In this document: piece after piece, positions 1 through 13,470 of the stretch
Layout: every line of letters starts with the position of its first letter
Numbering within the stretch: position 1 is the first letter of the stretch
Assembly: GCA_037379345.1 (NCBI GenBank)
Contig: CM074513.1
Span: forward strand, 56,275,195 to 56,339,194
DNA length: 64,000 nucleotides
Direction of reading: 5' to 3'
DNA from: Perna viridis
Lineage: Eukaryota
Notes under the pieces: model-generated
Database searches by the model: none
What the model saw: only the letters and a program-made list of their open reading frames with translations
Told to the model about the DNA's origin: nothing
Made by a program: the position numbers and the translations under genes

Positions 1-106
1 CTTATCTGCTGAATTCGACTTATCTATGTTTTTTTCGTCGATTTTGGTCAAAATTAGGCGATTCAACTTATACTCCACATCAATTTATAGTCCTGAAAAT
101 ACGGTA
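1..106. mobile_element. End of a pogo/Tigger-like (Tc1/mariner superfamily) non-autonomous DNA transposon, truncated by the window edge
   Basis: Ends ...acttatactcc...tttatagtcctgaaaatacgg|TA, which resembles the Tigger-type terminus (reverse complement TA CCGTATTTTCAGGACTATA). The other end lies outside the window. Confidence 0.5.
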
Positions 107-320
107 CAAAATTTTTGTTATATTTTCTTGGCTTCTAATAATCACATGTTGCTGATATACTGTACTAAGCTTCCTATAGGAGTGTTGTATTCTAGGGTAC
201 TTTTTCATACTTGTATGACATCAACTTCCTGTTTGCCGAAAAAGCAATGTATCATTAGTGAGCCATCACTCACAAAATTCTTGTTGTTTGTCTTCTTTTA
301 ATTTTTAATTTTGTCATCAG

Positions 321-458
321 ATTGATCTAGAAAACAATCTTATGGTGCTGTCGTCTCATGCAGTGGATCATCCAAAATGTCCTGTTGAAAAAGACCATGT
401 CAGGGTACATCTTTACTCATCTTCAATGGTTATCAGGCCTCACAAACAGTTTGATGAT
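321..458 (+). CDS. STARD7: STARD7-like START-domain lipid transfer protein, internal exon
   Basis: ttgtcatcag|ATT...GAT|gtaagt, 138 nt, phase 0/0. Translates to IDLENNLMVLSSHAVDHPKCPVEKDHVRVHLYSSSMVIRPHKQFDD, matching the remembered STARD7 segment (VDQENNMMVLVSRAVEHP...VRVRSYESQMVIRPHKSFDE). Confidence 0.88.
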
Positions 459-954
459 GTAAGTAACACCAAGCTTTGTTTCATATCTTTGACAGAAGAT
501 TGTCTTGAACCATGAAAAAAACCTTTATAGAACATAGATGAATGAATTAAGAAATAAGTCAAGGTCACAGAAACTCCATTTCATCATTGTTTTACCATGG
601 GCAGGTCATTTATGTTGTATTGCTTTACCCTGAGCAATAGCGAGCAATAAGAAATGTTGGTCATTTGTTTATGATTTTTTACCATGGCTGTGGTTTAAAG
701 AGCTTTTAAGCATGTCATATTAGAATTCGTAAATAAATTCCATGTCAGCAGCATTTATTCCCATAGTTAACTTATTAAAAAAGGAATAGTTTTTGTTTTC
801 TTTAATTATCTTCAGTTTAATTTATTTTCTCTCTTGGTAATGAATGTTGAGATAGCCTGCAAAGTTATTTGTAGATCAATGACTAGTATCTTAGAAAAAT
901 TCATGGGATCTTCACTTAATATCCTGAATTTTACATACGGTGTATTGCCAATTC

Positions 955-1165
955 TTTGGTCTCATGGTAGCCTGTTCGCTTCAAGTGGTCCTGGTTTTGA
1001 ATTGTGGCCCAGTCAAATGGAAGACTTGCAAATTTGTTGTCATGGCTTCTCTGCCAAGCACACAGCTTAAGTATGATGACCAGTTAAATCTAATGTGTCT
1101 GGGTAATGCAACGGGTCTGCTTTTTGGCTGTTGCTTCTGTGAGCTTAGCACATTAAAATCATGCT
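955..1165 (+). mobile_element. Degenerate tRNA-derived SINE (Meta-domain-like)
   Basis: gtcaaatggaagacttgcaaatttgttgtcatggcttctctgccaagcacacagcttaag...taatgtgtctgggt...ctgttgcttctgtgagcttagcacattaaaatc resembles the common bivalve SINE body (gtcaaaccaaagact...gcttctccgctaagcacgcagc...). Recognised from memory. Confidence 0.5.
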
Positions 1166-1507
1166 CTGAATTTGCCTAAGTCATATTAAAGTATAGGTTA
1201 CACATTATATTACAATTTAACACACTAATATAAGTAGTATAGACTTTTTAAGCATAAAGCAGATAAAGAAATAAAGAGATAAAGTATCAAACAAATGCAA
1301 AGAATAGTATGAAACTTCTGTCATAAGATGTAAAGGTGTAAAATTAAAATCAATCAATCAACATTTGTAATTTAGCTAGAAATCTATGGAAGTATTCAAT
1401 TACACTTTGTTTGCTGAGAAGTTCACTTCAATCACTATGATATATTTTAGCCTAGATGAAACTTAAAAAAAAACATTGCTATCTTATGATTACAATGTAT
1501 ATTATAG

Positions 1508-1592
1508 GATGGGTTTGACTATGTTATGACTTACTATGATGATCCTCAAGCTTCCTATACCAGCTTTTGTTACAGTTGGCTGGCTAAAACAG
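1508..1592 (+). CDS. STARD7: STARD7-like, penultimate coding exon
   Basis: attatag|GAT...ACA G|gtacca, 85 nt, phase 0/1. Encodes DGFDYVMTYYDDPQASYTSFCYSWLAKT(G), comparable to STARD7 NGFDYLLTYSDNPQ...SWMVSSG. Confidence 0.88.
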
Positions 1593-2161
1593 GTACCACT
1601 AAGTATAAGCTATTTGGCTTGGCATACCAAGGCACAAAAAATATATATTGCAGTTTATGTCAGACCATTGGGTACCAAAATGCTTATTTTTCTTCACTTA
1701 ATTTACAAAAGGGGACACTTTTAAAAAGGATATCAAAATCCCAATTTTTCTTTGATATCACTGTCAGATTATTTTGGCAGTTTTCTTTGAAAATATATGT
1801 GTTTAATTTCAGTACATTTAGAATTACAAGTGTTTTAGTTTGAAATTTTCTTCACAGTGGAAACAAGCAATTCTTTTGAAATTATTCCAACACCACCAGT
1901 GACAGAATTATTGCAGCAGTGTACTTTGATAAATGAAGAGTCAGTTTTAAAATTGTTTCATTTGCTCTGGTTTTTAAGGCTTATTGAACATTCAAGTGGT
2001 AATTGACACCTGTAAATAATTAAACCATTATTGTTGTTCTAAGATATCAAATAACTGTAAAGATCAATTGTATTAGTTACAAAGTTGGCCAAGTCATTAA
2101 AGATAATAAGCTGAAATAAAATACTATAGCTTGTGAACCTTTATCACTTTTGTTTTCAGTA

Positions 2162-3068
2162 CAGTCGAACCTCGTTAAGTCGAAGTCGAAGTGACCATGC
2201 AAAAATGTTTGAGTTATCCGAGGTTTCGAGTAATCTGAGGTCGAGGATAAACCAGAAATACTAGTAGTTTGGTCAATGATTGTTTCTGTATTTATATCAT
2301 TTGTTGTGCTTGTACATGTACAGGTACTTCACTTTACATGGTACTTGTAATGTCTTAAGTTTCATATCGGAAGATATTTTTTGTATGTTGTATATCACGT
2401 TTGAAATACTGAATGGCACCAAGTATTTTAGTGAAATTTCCTTTTTTGTTTTTTCTACATCAAAAACGTCATAGTTCATAACATGTTTCTTTGTTTGATT
2501 CACAATCAGAAGTATCGTCAAACCATGTGTTCTACATTATTACGATAAAATTTCAAATTCACTAGCGAAATGAATGTAGTCGTTGATGTTTCATTAAATA
2601 GTCAGATACCATTGCAGTTCATCTGTATTTTTTAAAATTTTTTATCAAACTATCCGATGTCACTTAATATAAATTACGACGTGTTCTTAATACAATTCGT
2701 TTCTTTTAACAACACATGCGATTTTAAATTGATTAAATAAACAAATCAAACCATAAAGAGTGTCAACAAATTAATTTTGAAAGCCATGCTAATCGTTGTT
2801 AAAACACACTTCGATCATGGTTTGTAATAAATCAATCAGTTTTCCAACTAATTAGTTGACTTCGAGACATCAGGGTTAATTAACCTTGAAGTCCTATCGA
2901 GGAGACTGATTGATTACCTCGAGTTATCCTGGGTTTCCATTCAAACGAGTTTGAGTCATCCGAGGTAAAATTGTATTGGAGTAAGGGGAGTTTTGCTGGG
3001 ACTTTGTAATTAGTTCCAGTTATCTGAGATTTCGACTAATCCGAGTTCGACACATCGAGGTTGGACTG
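2162..3068. mobile_element. Non-autonomous Tc1/mariner-superfamily element (MITE-like), 907 bp, in a STARD7 intron
   Basis: TIRs CAGTCGAACCTCG (2162) and CGAGGTTGGACTG (ends 3068), one mismatch. TA on both sides (2160-61, 3069-70). Subterminal ttcgag/tatccgagg repeats, no transposase ORF. Confidence 0.85.
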
Positions 3069-3363
3069 TATATGTTTGTCGGTGAAATAAATCATTAAAA
3101 CTGACAGGTTTTATAAGTCAAATAAATGATGACCTTAATCTGATCATACATATTGCAACATTAAATTTCTGTTCACCTACCAACACAATGATATATATTG
3201 GCTGTCTGAGTCTTTACATTTCTTAGAACTATGATTATAGAAGTTAATTACATGTTGAGACCATATACTAAATAGATACATGTATAATCAAATTGAGTAA
3301 GGCATAGGTAAATTATACACTTCCTTGACAAGTTCAAATTAAAAGTTCAAAATTATTTGATAA

Positions 3364-3801
3364 GGCCATAATAAAAAAAATCCTAGATTCTCATCCAACT
3401 TTTCTGAAAAACTTTGGCGGTGGGGACAAATTTAATTATTTTTTGTTAGTTTTTCCTTCAGTAACTCAATCGTGCTGAAAAACAAGCATCATTGTTGTGA
3501 TCATCTATGTGTGCTTTGTGATTGATCTTACCAGCTCAAAGTTATTGAAAACTCTATCATAGAATACACTTTCTACTTTGCACTTATACCGGTTTTCATC
3601 AAATTTGGTACCATTTTGAACAGAAATAGTAATGAAAATTATGATTTTGAAACAAGAAGTTACTAAATGATGATAATTATAAATCAGGTACAGACAAGGC
3701 ATGGAATATATCAAAACTTTTGGAAATTTGAGTCTGGGAATATTTTTCAAAAAGCATTTTGGCGGATGTGGATGATGTTCTAGGATTTTTTTATTATTGC
3801 C
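3364..3801. mobile_element. PIF/Harbinger-type MITE, about 438 bp
   Basis: TIRs ggccataataaaaaaaatcctaga and tctaggatttttttattattgcc, with TAA target duplication at 3361-63 and 3802-04. Confidence 0.8.
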
Positions 3802-3873
3802 TAAAAGTTTGATGATCTAGGACATGGTTCATGGTAGTGTATAGACATTGTATTTTTGTTTAACTCTCCTTAG

Positions 3874-4007
3874 GTGTGCCTAGATTTGTTGATGAGCTTC
3901 ATGATGCAGCAAAGAATATGGAGAAAAAGAATATTCAAACAGGGATTGTCTCAAAACAAAATTTTACCACAGATTCCAGTACTCAAGACAGAAGACAGTA
4001 TTGTTGA
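3874..4007 (+). CDS. STARD7: STARD7-like, terminal coding exon
   Basis: ctccttag|GT GTG CCT..., phase 1, fits the previous exon. Encodes (G)VPRFVDELHDAAKNMEKKNIQTGIVSKQNFTTDSSTQDRRQYC*, the START C-terminal helix (cf. GMPDFLEKLH). TGA at 4005-4007. Confidence 0.85.
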
Positions 4008-4062
4008 ATTTGTTGATATGTATTTAAGATCATATGTTGATAAACAAGTCTCTCTTCTTCTA

Positions 4063-4800
4063 TTTTTATAGGCTATACAGGAATCCCCGTCTGTCTGTCT
4101 GTCCACATATCAGGCAGTAACGACTATAAATGTATGGATCACTATGATATTAAACCTTCAGGTTCCATACCACAGTTTGGAATGCTGGATTGATTTTGGT
4201 GTGTTATTTTACTGTTAAGGAGTTAGGGACCAAACAAGATGCCAAAACAACAACTTTTCTAATACATCATATATATGGTTTGCATCTTCACAAATTTCAG
4301 TGAGGGTTGATTTAGAGTCTTAAAAGTGGAGATTGTTTGATGTGCTGAATCTCTCAATGTACTAAGATTTGGGTATGCTTTAAAATTTGTTGAAGTTAGG
4401 GTCACAAATTAAGCTTAAAAGAATGAAGTTTATTTGAACCAAAAAGATATTATTGAGGGTCTTCGATATGCTTCATTTATCAGTATATTGATACATTATT
4501 TTGGACTACATTTCCAAATTTGTCCACATTAAGGTCCAGTTGATGCAGAATTGAATATTGTTTGTTTTTATTAAAAATTGAATTCTTGGGGTTCCTTGAC
4601 AATCCAAATATAACCACATATCTATATTTTGATATGGGACCTTTAGATTTTGAATAAGAATCATTCTGTGACAGAAACCTATGTTATGTCAAATATATTA
4701 ATCAATATGAAAAATATGTGCTTGAAGGTGGTGTCCATACTTATCCCAACTATTTAGGGTTATTTCTGTGGACGTATCAAGCTATACCATGAGGAGCATT
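4063..4800 (+). mobile_element. Degenerate Helentron-type non-autonomous repeat just downstream of the STARD7 stop
   Basis: Starts tttttatagg followed by a (gtct)n microsatellite (ccgtctgtctgtctgtcc). Degenerate internal repeats of the type gggttc..tgat(a/g)tgctgaat. Boundaries approximate. Confidence 0.4.
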
Positions 4801-4925
4801 TTTTTCAATGCCACAGAAGAATTCTCTCATTCATGAAGGAAATTTTGTAAAACCATGAGAAGCATTTTTTTTTCAATGCCACAGAAGAATTCTCCCATTC
4901 ATGAAGGAAATCTTGTAAAACCATT
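4787..4925. repeat. Tandem duplication, about 65-69 bp x2
   Basis: accatga(g/a)gagcatttttttcaatgccacagaagaattctc.cattcatgaaggaaat.ttgtaaaaccat occurs twice. Confidence 0.85.
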
Positions 4926-5894
4926 TAAGCGTTCAATTGGGTCAATGCTTTGTCTTTAAAAAATGTTTTTTTGGATAGCACCTATAAATTCTAGATATAT
5001 TATTTTCCTTACATTTGACAGATGTTCATTTAAAAGTACAGTTACCTTTATAGTTGTGCTTTGTGTAATGTGAAAGAGTACTATTATTTGTTTGCAAAGG
5101 CTGTAATTACAGAGCCAAATATTAATGCCTTTAGATTATATACTCAAATGTTGGTATAATACAGTGTCAATACATGTGGTAATTATTGCAAATGAAAAGA
5201 AAGTCCTACAGGGTTATATGTTTGTTTCATATTTGCCCTGTATTATATCCTGACAGAGGTAGTGGATTGAGGATAGCTGTATTGAGCTGAGGTAGTGCCA
5301 AGGCAAAGTATGGTTTGTCTGAGGGCATAATACTAGACTGAAACTTAAAAAAAAAATACATTTTACAGTACCTTTATTATTACCAATTATGTAAAAAAGA
5401 GAAAATATTTCCAGGTATATAAATACTGCTAGAATTTTCAATATTAATATAAAAATATACAGTGTACTTCATTTTTAGGCTGAATTAAGTAAAAACTCAA
5501 ATGTATTTGAACAATGGAAGCAAAAGTCACTGGATGTAAAAAATTCATACTAAGCGTGGATATACCAGGCCTGTTTTTTTTGTATATAGGTGGCCTCTTT
5601 GTCCATATTCCTCCTGCAATTATATGGTATTGACTCTTTGTTAAGTTGTATAAGTATTTACACAAAAAGTTAATAATTTACTCAATCATAACACAGGCAG
5701 TTAACCTTTCATCATCTTGATAAATACATTAAACGTGTTAACTAACCAGTATTGCTTTATATTGTGTTCAGTTTAAAGTATATTTTTATGGTGTTGATAT
5801 GGTTGTATTTAGGTCATCAACTAATTGTAAGGCTAACATTCCAGTTCTAGATTAATTATAATTGAATAATTGGAATACAATGAAAGGCATCTTT

Positions 5895-6018
5895 TGTTAC
5901 TGAGATCATTATTTTTATGTTTCTTACTGAGATTAGTGGTGTCATGTTTCTTACTGAGATCCATAGTGTTGTTTCTTACTGAGATCAGTAGTGTCATGTT
6001 TCTTACTTAGATCAGTAT
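5895..6018. repeat. Minisatellite, about 24-27 bp x5
   Basis: Repeats of gtttcttactgagatcagtagtgtcat. Confidence 0.8.
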
Positions 6019-7894
6019 ACAAAATTGAAAGCAAAGGAACATATATGGATGTCTCAAATCTAGTCTCAGTTTCACCAGAGAATGAACATTTTTGCTGTAC
6101 TCTTTGATTGGCATATTTACTGTCATGTATGATAGAGATGTATTGAAAAGGAATATAATCTTGCTAATGAACTGTGTTGACATTTAAGATGGTTATGACT
6201 TACTGTTATTGTTAACCCAAAGCAGACTTAGACAGATCTGTATAGCTTGGGTATTGTTTAATAATATAGCTTTTCAACTATGTTGGATAGCATTGAAGGT
6301 TACTATTGCTTATCAAATGTATTTTCCTCTTGGAACATACCATGTTGCAAATTTGTAATTTGTATCAAAAAGTCTCCACTAGTGATTTGTTATAACTACA
6401 ACCTGTAAAAATTCAATATGACTAATGTCTTTGCATGAAGTGAATTACACAGACTGGAAATTACAATCATACAATGAATCGTCTAAGGATTGAATAGATC
6501 TATATTTCAGAACAACAATCGGTGATAGGAAGAAAGTAGTCAATATTAGGAGATTAGGGGGTGGGGATCAGGAGGTTTGAACTCACCTTCTTTTGGTCTG
6601 CAAATTGATTTAATTTGGTGCAAAATTTTGGGCAAAAATAAGCTAATAATACCCGAGAATCCCCCTTTTTTTGGAACCAAGCTGGAAAACTTAAAATCGG
6701 TCAGAGTATTTAGTTTGGTCAGTTATTTATTGAATTTAATGGCTTGATACAGCAGCATTTTAAAATTAATTTATTGCTGCAGTTTATCTACAAATAAATG
6801 TTAATTTTCAATTTCATTTATCAGTTATTAAACTCAATCATTCGTTGAACTGAGGGTGAATTTAAACTGAATAATATGATTGCATGTTGGCCAGTGACCA
6901 GACTGACGTATTATATTCCTGGTGTTCGGATGGTTCCATTTATCGAGAGGTACATGTATGATGTCTGTTTTCAGTTTGCACAGCTCACTTCAGGCTATAT
7001 TACAATAGTCATACTATTGTTACAGGTTGTATGTATTGTGGTAACTGTTCATAAGCCATTCTGTTGATTGTTCTTAGATAGACTGGTTCCTATTAGTATT
7101 TTAAAAGTTTCAGTGTAATAACTGTGGTAAATGTTACCCATGAAGGTAGTAGTTATGTTCTAAATGTATTAGTATTGATCATTGGAAATTTTATTTGATG
7201 TGCCTATAGCCTTATACAAGTAGAATATCTATCTGTACATGAAATGAAAATTGCAGATTGTTTTGCATTTTTGTAACATGGGGTAGATTTTTTGATACAT
7301 CAACTTTTAAGGAGATTCATTACTGTAAAACTGTAAGAGTTTCTATTTCAATGAATTGGTTATATTTTATGTGATATCTGTACAAAAGTCTTGTTAGCTT
7401 TATGCAGTTGAAAAGTTTTAGTGCTAGGTTTAATGCTGTAATAGTTTGTTTGATAGTACAAAAATTGTTTCTAAATGAGTTTCTCTGTAAAAATACAGGG
7501 GCTAATAGTGGGAGTGGATGTAAATAGTCAACCAGTTTCAAGCTGTAAATCAGTCAATAAATCCACAAATAATGGATGTCATTTGGTATTTTTTTTTGTA
7601 TCAATATGAACTTATAAAAGTTTTGTTGCTTCATGTGTGGTTGAATAGAACATGGTCATCTTTTGATATTTATATTTTCTGTTGAGTTGTCAAATGATAT
7701 GTAATAAATGGAAAAAAAACCCATTTTGTTTCTTATGCCATTGAAATTTTCCTCTCAAGATATCTGTAAACCCTCAATTGAAGATTATTATCAGAATACA
7801 ATTGCATTAAAACCTATGATTTTTCTACTCAGTTGAAATCCTAACTCAAAAACATTATATATCATTGTTTCTCCAAATTGTGCCCCTCTACTTG

Positions 7895-8100
7895 CTGACG
7901 TGAGAATGCTTACCCTGCTTGTGCACCTGGTCCACGCTTCCAGTTTTTAGTGGAGTTGTGTTACTTTTGTTATGTCGTATGTATTATGTTGGTTATTTTG
8001 TATCCTTTGTTGTGTTTGTCTGTTTTCCATGTCCGACGTTTGTTCTGGATTGCATTCTTTTGGTTTCTGCTAGAATCTTGGTTCCATTGATTACTCTTTA
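7895..8100 (+). mobile_element. 3' remnant of a common bivalve retroelement-related repeat
   Basis: tgcttaccctgcttgtgcacctggtccacgcttccagtttttagtggagttgtgtt resembles the tgcttacccttccggagcacctgagttcacccccggtttttagtggggttc repeat. From memory. Confidence 0.4.
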
Positions 8101-9306
8101 AGCACATAAATCTACCTCACATTTTGGCAAGGAATGTCTGAGTGTTAAAGATGCTTATCTGAAAAAATATATTTTATTCAATGAAAAATTAGATGTACTA
8201 ACTTCAGACAAAATAAAATCCACTTTCTAAAGGCCTGTTTTTCCTCTGTCTAGAAAACAAGTAACTACCTTGATACAGTAAGACCCCAGTATACAGTGTA
8301 TGTATGCCACTTCATTGTACAGGAACATTGTACATATCTCCCCATGGTGGGTTTAGAATGAGGTTTCCTCTACTAGCTCTATTTGTTTGTCTTAAATGTG
8401 AATGAAAGTAAAACATCAACCACTAAAGGAGTGAGTATCTGGTAATAGTGTTCACACAACAGTATTCATTTATTATAAATCAAACCTTAATCCAGTGGTT
8501 ACCTTTCTACCAAGGCTGCCTTTTCTTTGTCCCAACATGTTCAGATAAAATTTTTGAAGCAATAGTTTTAAGGGTCTTTAAGCACGCCGTAGTATTTTCC
8601 TACTTTGTATCACTAGTATTTCTCTGGGTTATTGTGTGTTATTTTTGAACATTTCCTCCAGTGGTGTGGCAAATCAGTTCCCACTCTGAAGAAATTAAGA
8701 GATCTAAGATGTTAAGGGTAAAATCTAAATATGATGAGCTAATTATCTTTTTTTTTGTTTTGGTTCTGTAAGATTAAGGGTCTATCCCAATCACTGAACA
8801 TTGATTCAGTGAGTTTTGTGAGCATTTCAAGTTTATTGCTCTTGTTCAAGTACAAAGACAACAAGAAAATAATAACAGGACATAAAATGTTTATTAACCA
8901 GGCTACAAATAAATGATCTGGGATCTCATAGCAAAATAACTACTGCACATATACAGCAACCAAAGACTGGGGACCAGTCATTGTCGAGCCATTTAATTAT
9001 CTGCCCTTGAAAACTAGTCAGGATAATTCAAATATATTACATCTAAGCTGACTAGGAAAGACCTTAAAAGATCTGTTTAACTACCATGCTTAGTTGATCA
9101 TCCATTTCAGCTCCAACGATATTTTCACTGGCCACATAAAGGCCACTTAAATGCCATTATAAACAATAATTCCAGGAAAAAGTTTAAATCAAATCCATTT
9201 AAATATACCCAATTGTTTTAATTTTATCAGGGACATATAATACATATTATATGTCCAAGTTTTTATCAATTTCCTTGTTTCCATTGGTAAAATTTATTGT
9301 ATATTA

Positions 9307-9847
9307 AACAAGAGGCTCCCAGCAGCCAGAATCGCTCACCTTGTTGAATTTTGCCTTTCAAAGGCAATAAATTAAACAAGAAGTTGTCCAACAATTTTGA
9401 CTCAAGAAGTCTTTGGTAGGACTATCACAAGATATTTTCAACAATTGAAAGTTTCTTTTATTCTATCATAGTTTTCAAGACATTGACTGAAAACTATTAA
9501 AACAAATTGTTTTTCCCCTTTCAAGGGCAATAACTCTTACAAGGAGTCTGAAGACTTTTGTAGTCCTAATAATATGGATCATTTCAGCTATTGAAAGAAT
9601 TTGGATATACCTATTGGTTTTGGAGATATCTGAAAAATTACTGTCTGACCCTTATGTTCTATTTTTAGTAACGGCGGCCATGTTTTTTGATTTCGCAAAA
9701 TCAAAAATGCCCACATTAGTTCTATGCAGTATAACCCAAGGAACATTCATACCAAGTTTGGTTCTAATTAGTCAAGTTGTTTTAGAGGAGAAGAGTTTTG
9801 TATAATTGTTAACGACGACAGACGATGATAGACACCAAGTGAGCTAA
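9307..9847 (-). mobile_element. Helentron-associated non-autonomous element (HINE-like)
   Basis: aacaagaggc...atcgctcacct at one end and gacgac microsatellite...gtgagctaa at the other (gctcac/gtgagc sub-terminal IRs). Internal sequence is highly similar to 36650-37600 (e.g. ctgtctgaccc.tatgttctatttttagtaa, ggaacattcataccaagtttggttc). Confidence 0.75.
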
Positions 9848-12665
9848 CAAAAAAATGGGAATTGTCAAGTTTGTACAAATTTATCTAAATATCCCCATAA
9901 ACAATAAATATCAAAAATAGAACAAAAGAACTAAAGGCTAAACATATGGTTTTCCTTTCCACATTCTGACCTACAATGAGTTGGAAACTTTATATGAACA
10001 TCATGATTTATGTCAAAGTGATGAGTTGTGACACTTATTAACATCATATGTACAACCATTTATAAATGAAACATTACTAGAGTGAAATGGATGAACTAAG
10101 GAGCTTATAGAGCTGAGCAAGACTGTAATAATGACACTCCTTAACAAATGAAAATAGACAACTATACAAGTATATGGCACAAGACTTGATCACATGACAG
10201 GACGTGAGATCTATTGTCTCCTTTTCTAATTCAGCTCAACAGTTCAGAGGTAGACAGATGGCGCTACAAGATCTTTTAAGGCTGTAGAGTGAAATCAATG
10301 AAAACATATTCCTACTATAGATCTTCAGTCAGTCTGAAGAGCTGAAGTGTAATTCATCAAACCTTATAAAGTATGATTTTAACTGATTTCACCTACATTC
10401 TGTAAGCTTAATAATCATAAGAGCATGTTTTTTTGAGAAGTTGAACATTCTAGCTCATTCTGACCAATTAAAACTGAGGTAACAATGTCAATACTCAATA
10501 CTGACCAATCAAAATTACACATACATGCATGTGTTTAAATATACAGATGAAGACAAATATTCCAAAGATTTACATAGCTTAACATCTGCTTTTATTTTTT
10601 TTCCTGATTTTCTTTTAAAAGCAAAATTTCATGTAACAGATGTACAAGATTTCTCACATCAAACATTAAATTGGACAGGCCTTCTATCACATATCACATA
10701 ATCATCAACCTTCTGTGAGATTTGTTTTCGTTGAATCATATCAAAGTTAAAAAGTTAAACAGTTAGACAAATGTTATAGAATAAAGATCTCTATAAAAAT
10801 ATTGTTTAAAAAGAATAAAGTTTCTAAATCTCCATAAAAGTAATGAGAGTAAAAACTAACAGGACTACCTGAATCTATAAGTTGCACTTGTTATATATAA
10901 ATTAGTATCTAACAAATAAACACTTTTTCCACATAGCACTTTCAAAGCACAGAACATAGTATGGCATTATAAAGGGAAATCACTGTAACAGGTTAGCACA
11001 GGTTGAATATTAAACTCAACATTAAAATTAATCTTAAAAATTTACATCTTCATGTAAATCAAATTCATAAGAACTCTTCCTTTAAAACTTAAAATAGTAC
11101 TGCATAAACATTTTCCTCCAATGTTTACAGACTATTTAAACACTATTTTGAACAAAACAATAACAAAGAAATAATTCCCAGTACACACAATTTTTCTGCT
11201 TTAGTTCTGAGGTTGGAACATCACATTAACATTGAAAACATAAACATAGCACTAATAGTAAACAGTCAACCTGTCAATCTGCTCTGTAGTCATGACAATT
11301 CATCAGAAAAATATTACATGATTTCCATAATTTCACATAAAAGCAATATACAGGAATCAATGTGATTTTTATGAATTCTGGTAATTTTGCTTCATTAGAA
11401 ATCAGAAAACATTGAAAGAAACATACAAGAAATTCATCTATTACAGCAAGATACATGTATGAGAATATGAAAAAGAGCTAGCATTTCTTAGTCTAAGATT
11501 TTAATTTGTCTATGACTCCTACAGTGATTAGAAATGATGAAACATCCTAATACTTTCTTTTCGCTTCTTCAGAAATTTAGTCTTATATTGAGAACTTTGA
11601 ACCCTTTATTTTGAAATTAACACAGTTTCTTAATAGAATGTGTTAATTGGAATCAGTTTGTGAACTTTTAACAGAAAGTTTACGAAAGAATACTTGTAAT
11701 ATAAGCGAAATGTTAAAAGCTACACCTTTCCTTCCTTACTACCTGTAGTCATGACAACAGAGCAGGTGATAAATTAATTAGAATCAATATTGAAAAATCT
11801 GTGATAATAGCAACATACAATATTTCCACAGAAATTACTTGTTTATGCACTCTTAGATGCAGAAATAAATACAACCTCCCCGTACAGTTACACTGTATCG
11901 CTGCCCAGTACGACACACCCTTGTCAAATAGATATATAGGTATATACAATATATATTTGTTTATCTACATAATGAAAAAAGAAATATACTTTAAGGTCAA
12001 CTGACACAAAATGGTTGAAGCAATACAAAACCTTGATCTTAGATAAGGAATCTAGAGTTATCTCCCTTATGACAGGGTATTGCTCAATGAATTATTGAAG
12101 AGAAAGGCACCATTTACTGAAACATGTTTCACAGGTGTAGATGCAAAAGTTCCTATAAGAATATTGTATCATAGACAGAGACATATTTTACTGCTTGACT
12201 AAAATTATTGGTTTGATTTTAACAGTTTTGATTTCTGTTATTGCATATTTACAACAGAGAGGAAACCAAAATATTTTGAAATCATCTTCCTGTGAAATTT
12301 CAGTTTATAAAATACAGACAAGTTCACATCCTGGAAATTACTATCACTAATGTTTTAGACAACTGATGCAACAGTCATGCACAACAGCATAAACATACAC
12401 CGGTATATCAACTAACAAGTTTTCTCCATAAAATTTGGACTTAGAAACAGTCTCACTTCTACTCTGTGAGATTATACAATTTCTGGTAGTACTCTACAAT
12501 ATTTTGTACTTCTCTCTTGTAATTCAAGCCTTTACAAACTTCTTCAATTCTCAAAATCAACACAATAAGTGCAGAGTGTTAAAGTGTTCCACCTGAAGGG
12601 TGACACATCAGGTTCTTTATGTATAGAACCTCACATAAAAATGTCACTGGCTAAGTTGTGGGATA

Positions 12666-13470
12666 TCATGACTTCTGATTCTGAGGTGTTTCATTTGGAT
12701 TTAAGTTTAGATCTAGTACTTCTTTCATTAGCGGCTGTATAACTTCTGGATTTACTTTCAAGAGAACATGAGAGTGTTCCTCATTTAAGTTACGAATATC
12801 AGTCAATTTCATCAGCAGCTTTGGGTAAATACTGCGGACTATTTGAGGAGGGTACCTAGATTCTAGGTAACGTAACAGTAACAAGGCATATTTGTCTTGC
12901 TCTTGAGAAATATAAGCTTTGTCCGTAACATTTGGCCGATCAGGGGAAAATAGAGAAATCACAAGCAGAAGCATCAGCATTGTTTCATCCGCTTTCAAGT
13001 CAATGGCAAGCTGTCTTGTGAACTTCATGTGTTCCTCAAATAAATTGGGACCTTCAGCCATTCTCATCTGCTCTGTTGTCATAGCATGATCTGAGTTATC
13101 TAATGGATCCAGCCACTGTTGTTTCTCCTTATCAAATGTTATAACTGATCGTAAGATCAGAAGCTCAATGCTACCTCCTTTAAGTAAGCTGATTTGATCT
13201 AACTGAGAGAGAGCCTTGAATGACTTAATTTTCTTTGCCATGTCAATTACTCTACGCACACTGAGCTCTGCAATGTTCACAAGATCTCCAAACGATGGTC
13301 CTTCCTTCCTGACAGGAGGTTCCATGCACACTTCCAGGGACTGTCTGTAAGCAGATACAACCTCACCAATGAGGTATTCTTCATCAGGCTCCAATGACCT
13401 CATCTTATACTGCGTAGAACTGACCACACCTGACTGTGGACTCAACTTTGATGTTTCTTCCCTCATTTTT
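12666..13470 (-). CDS. HR96: NR1J/HR96-like nuclear receptor, terminal exon (hinge + whole ligand-binding domain)
   Basis: Acceptor ctcttttag|A AAA ATG at 13470 (phase 2). Contains LBD signature VIDMAKKIKSFKALSQLDQISLLKGG, LFSPDRPNV, KLTDIRNLNEEH and AF-2 QPLMKEVLDL. Stop TGA ends at 12666. Symbol denotes the NR1J group, the exact paralog is not determined. Confidence 0.93.

Noticed and set aside
3874-4071. Track ORF MCLDLLMSF...
   Set aside because: Wrong frame of the STARD7 terminal exon.
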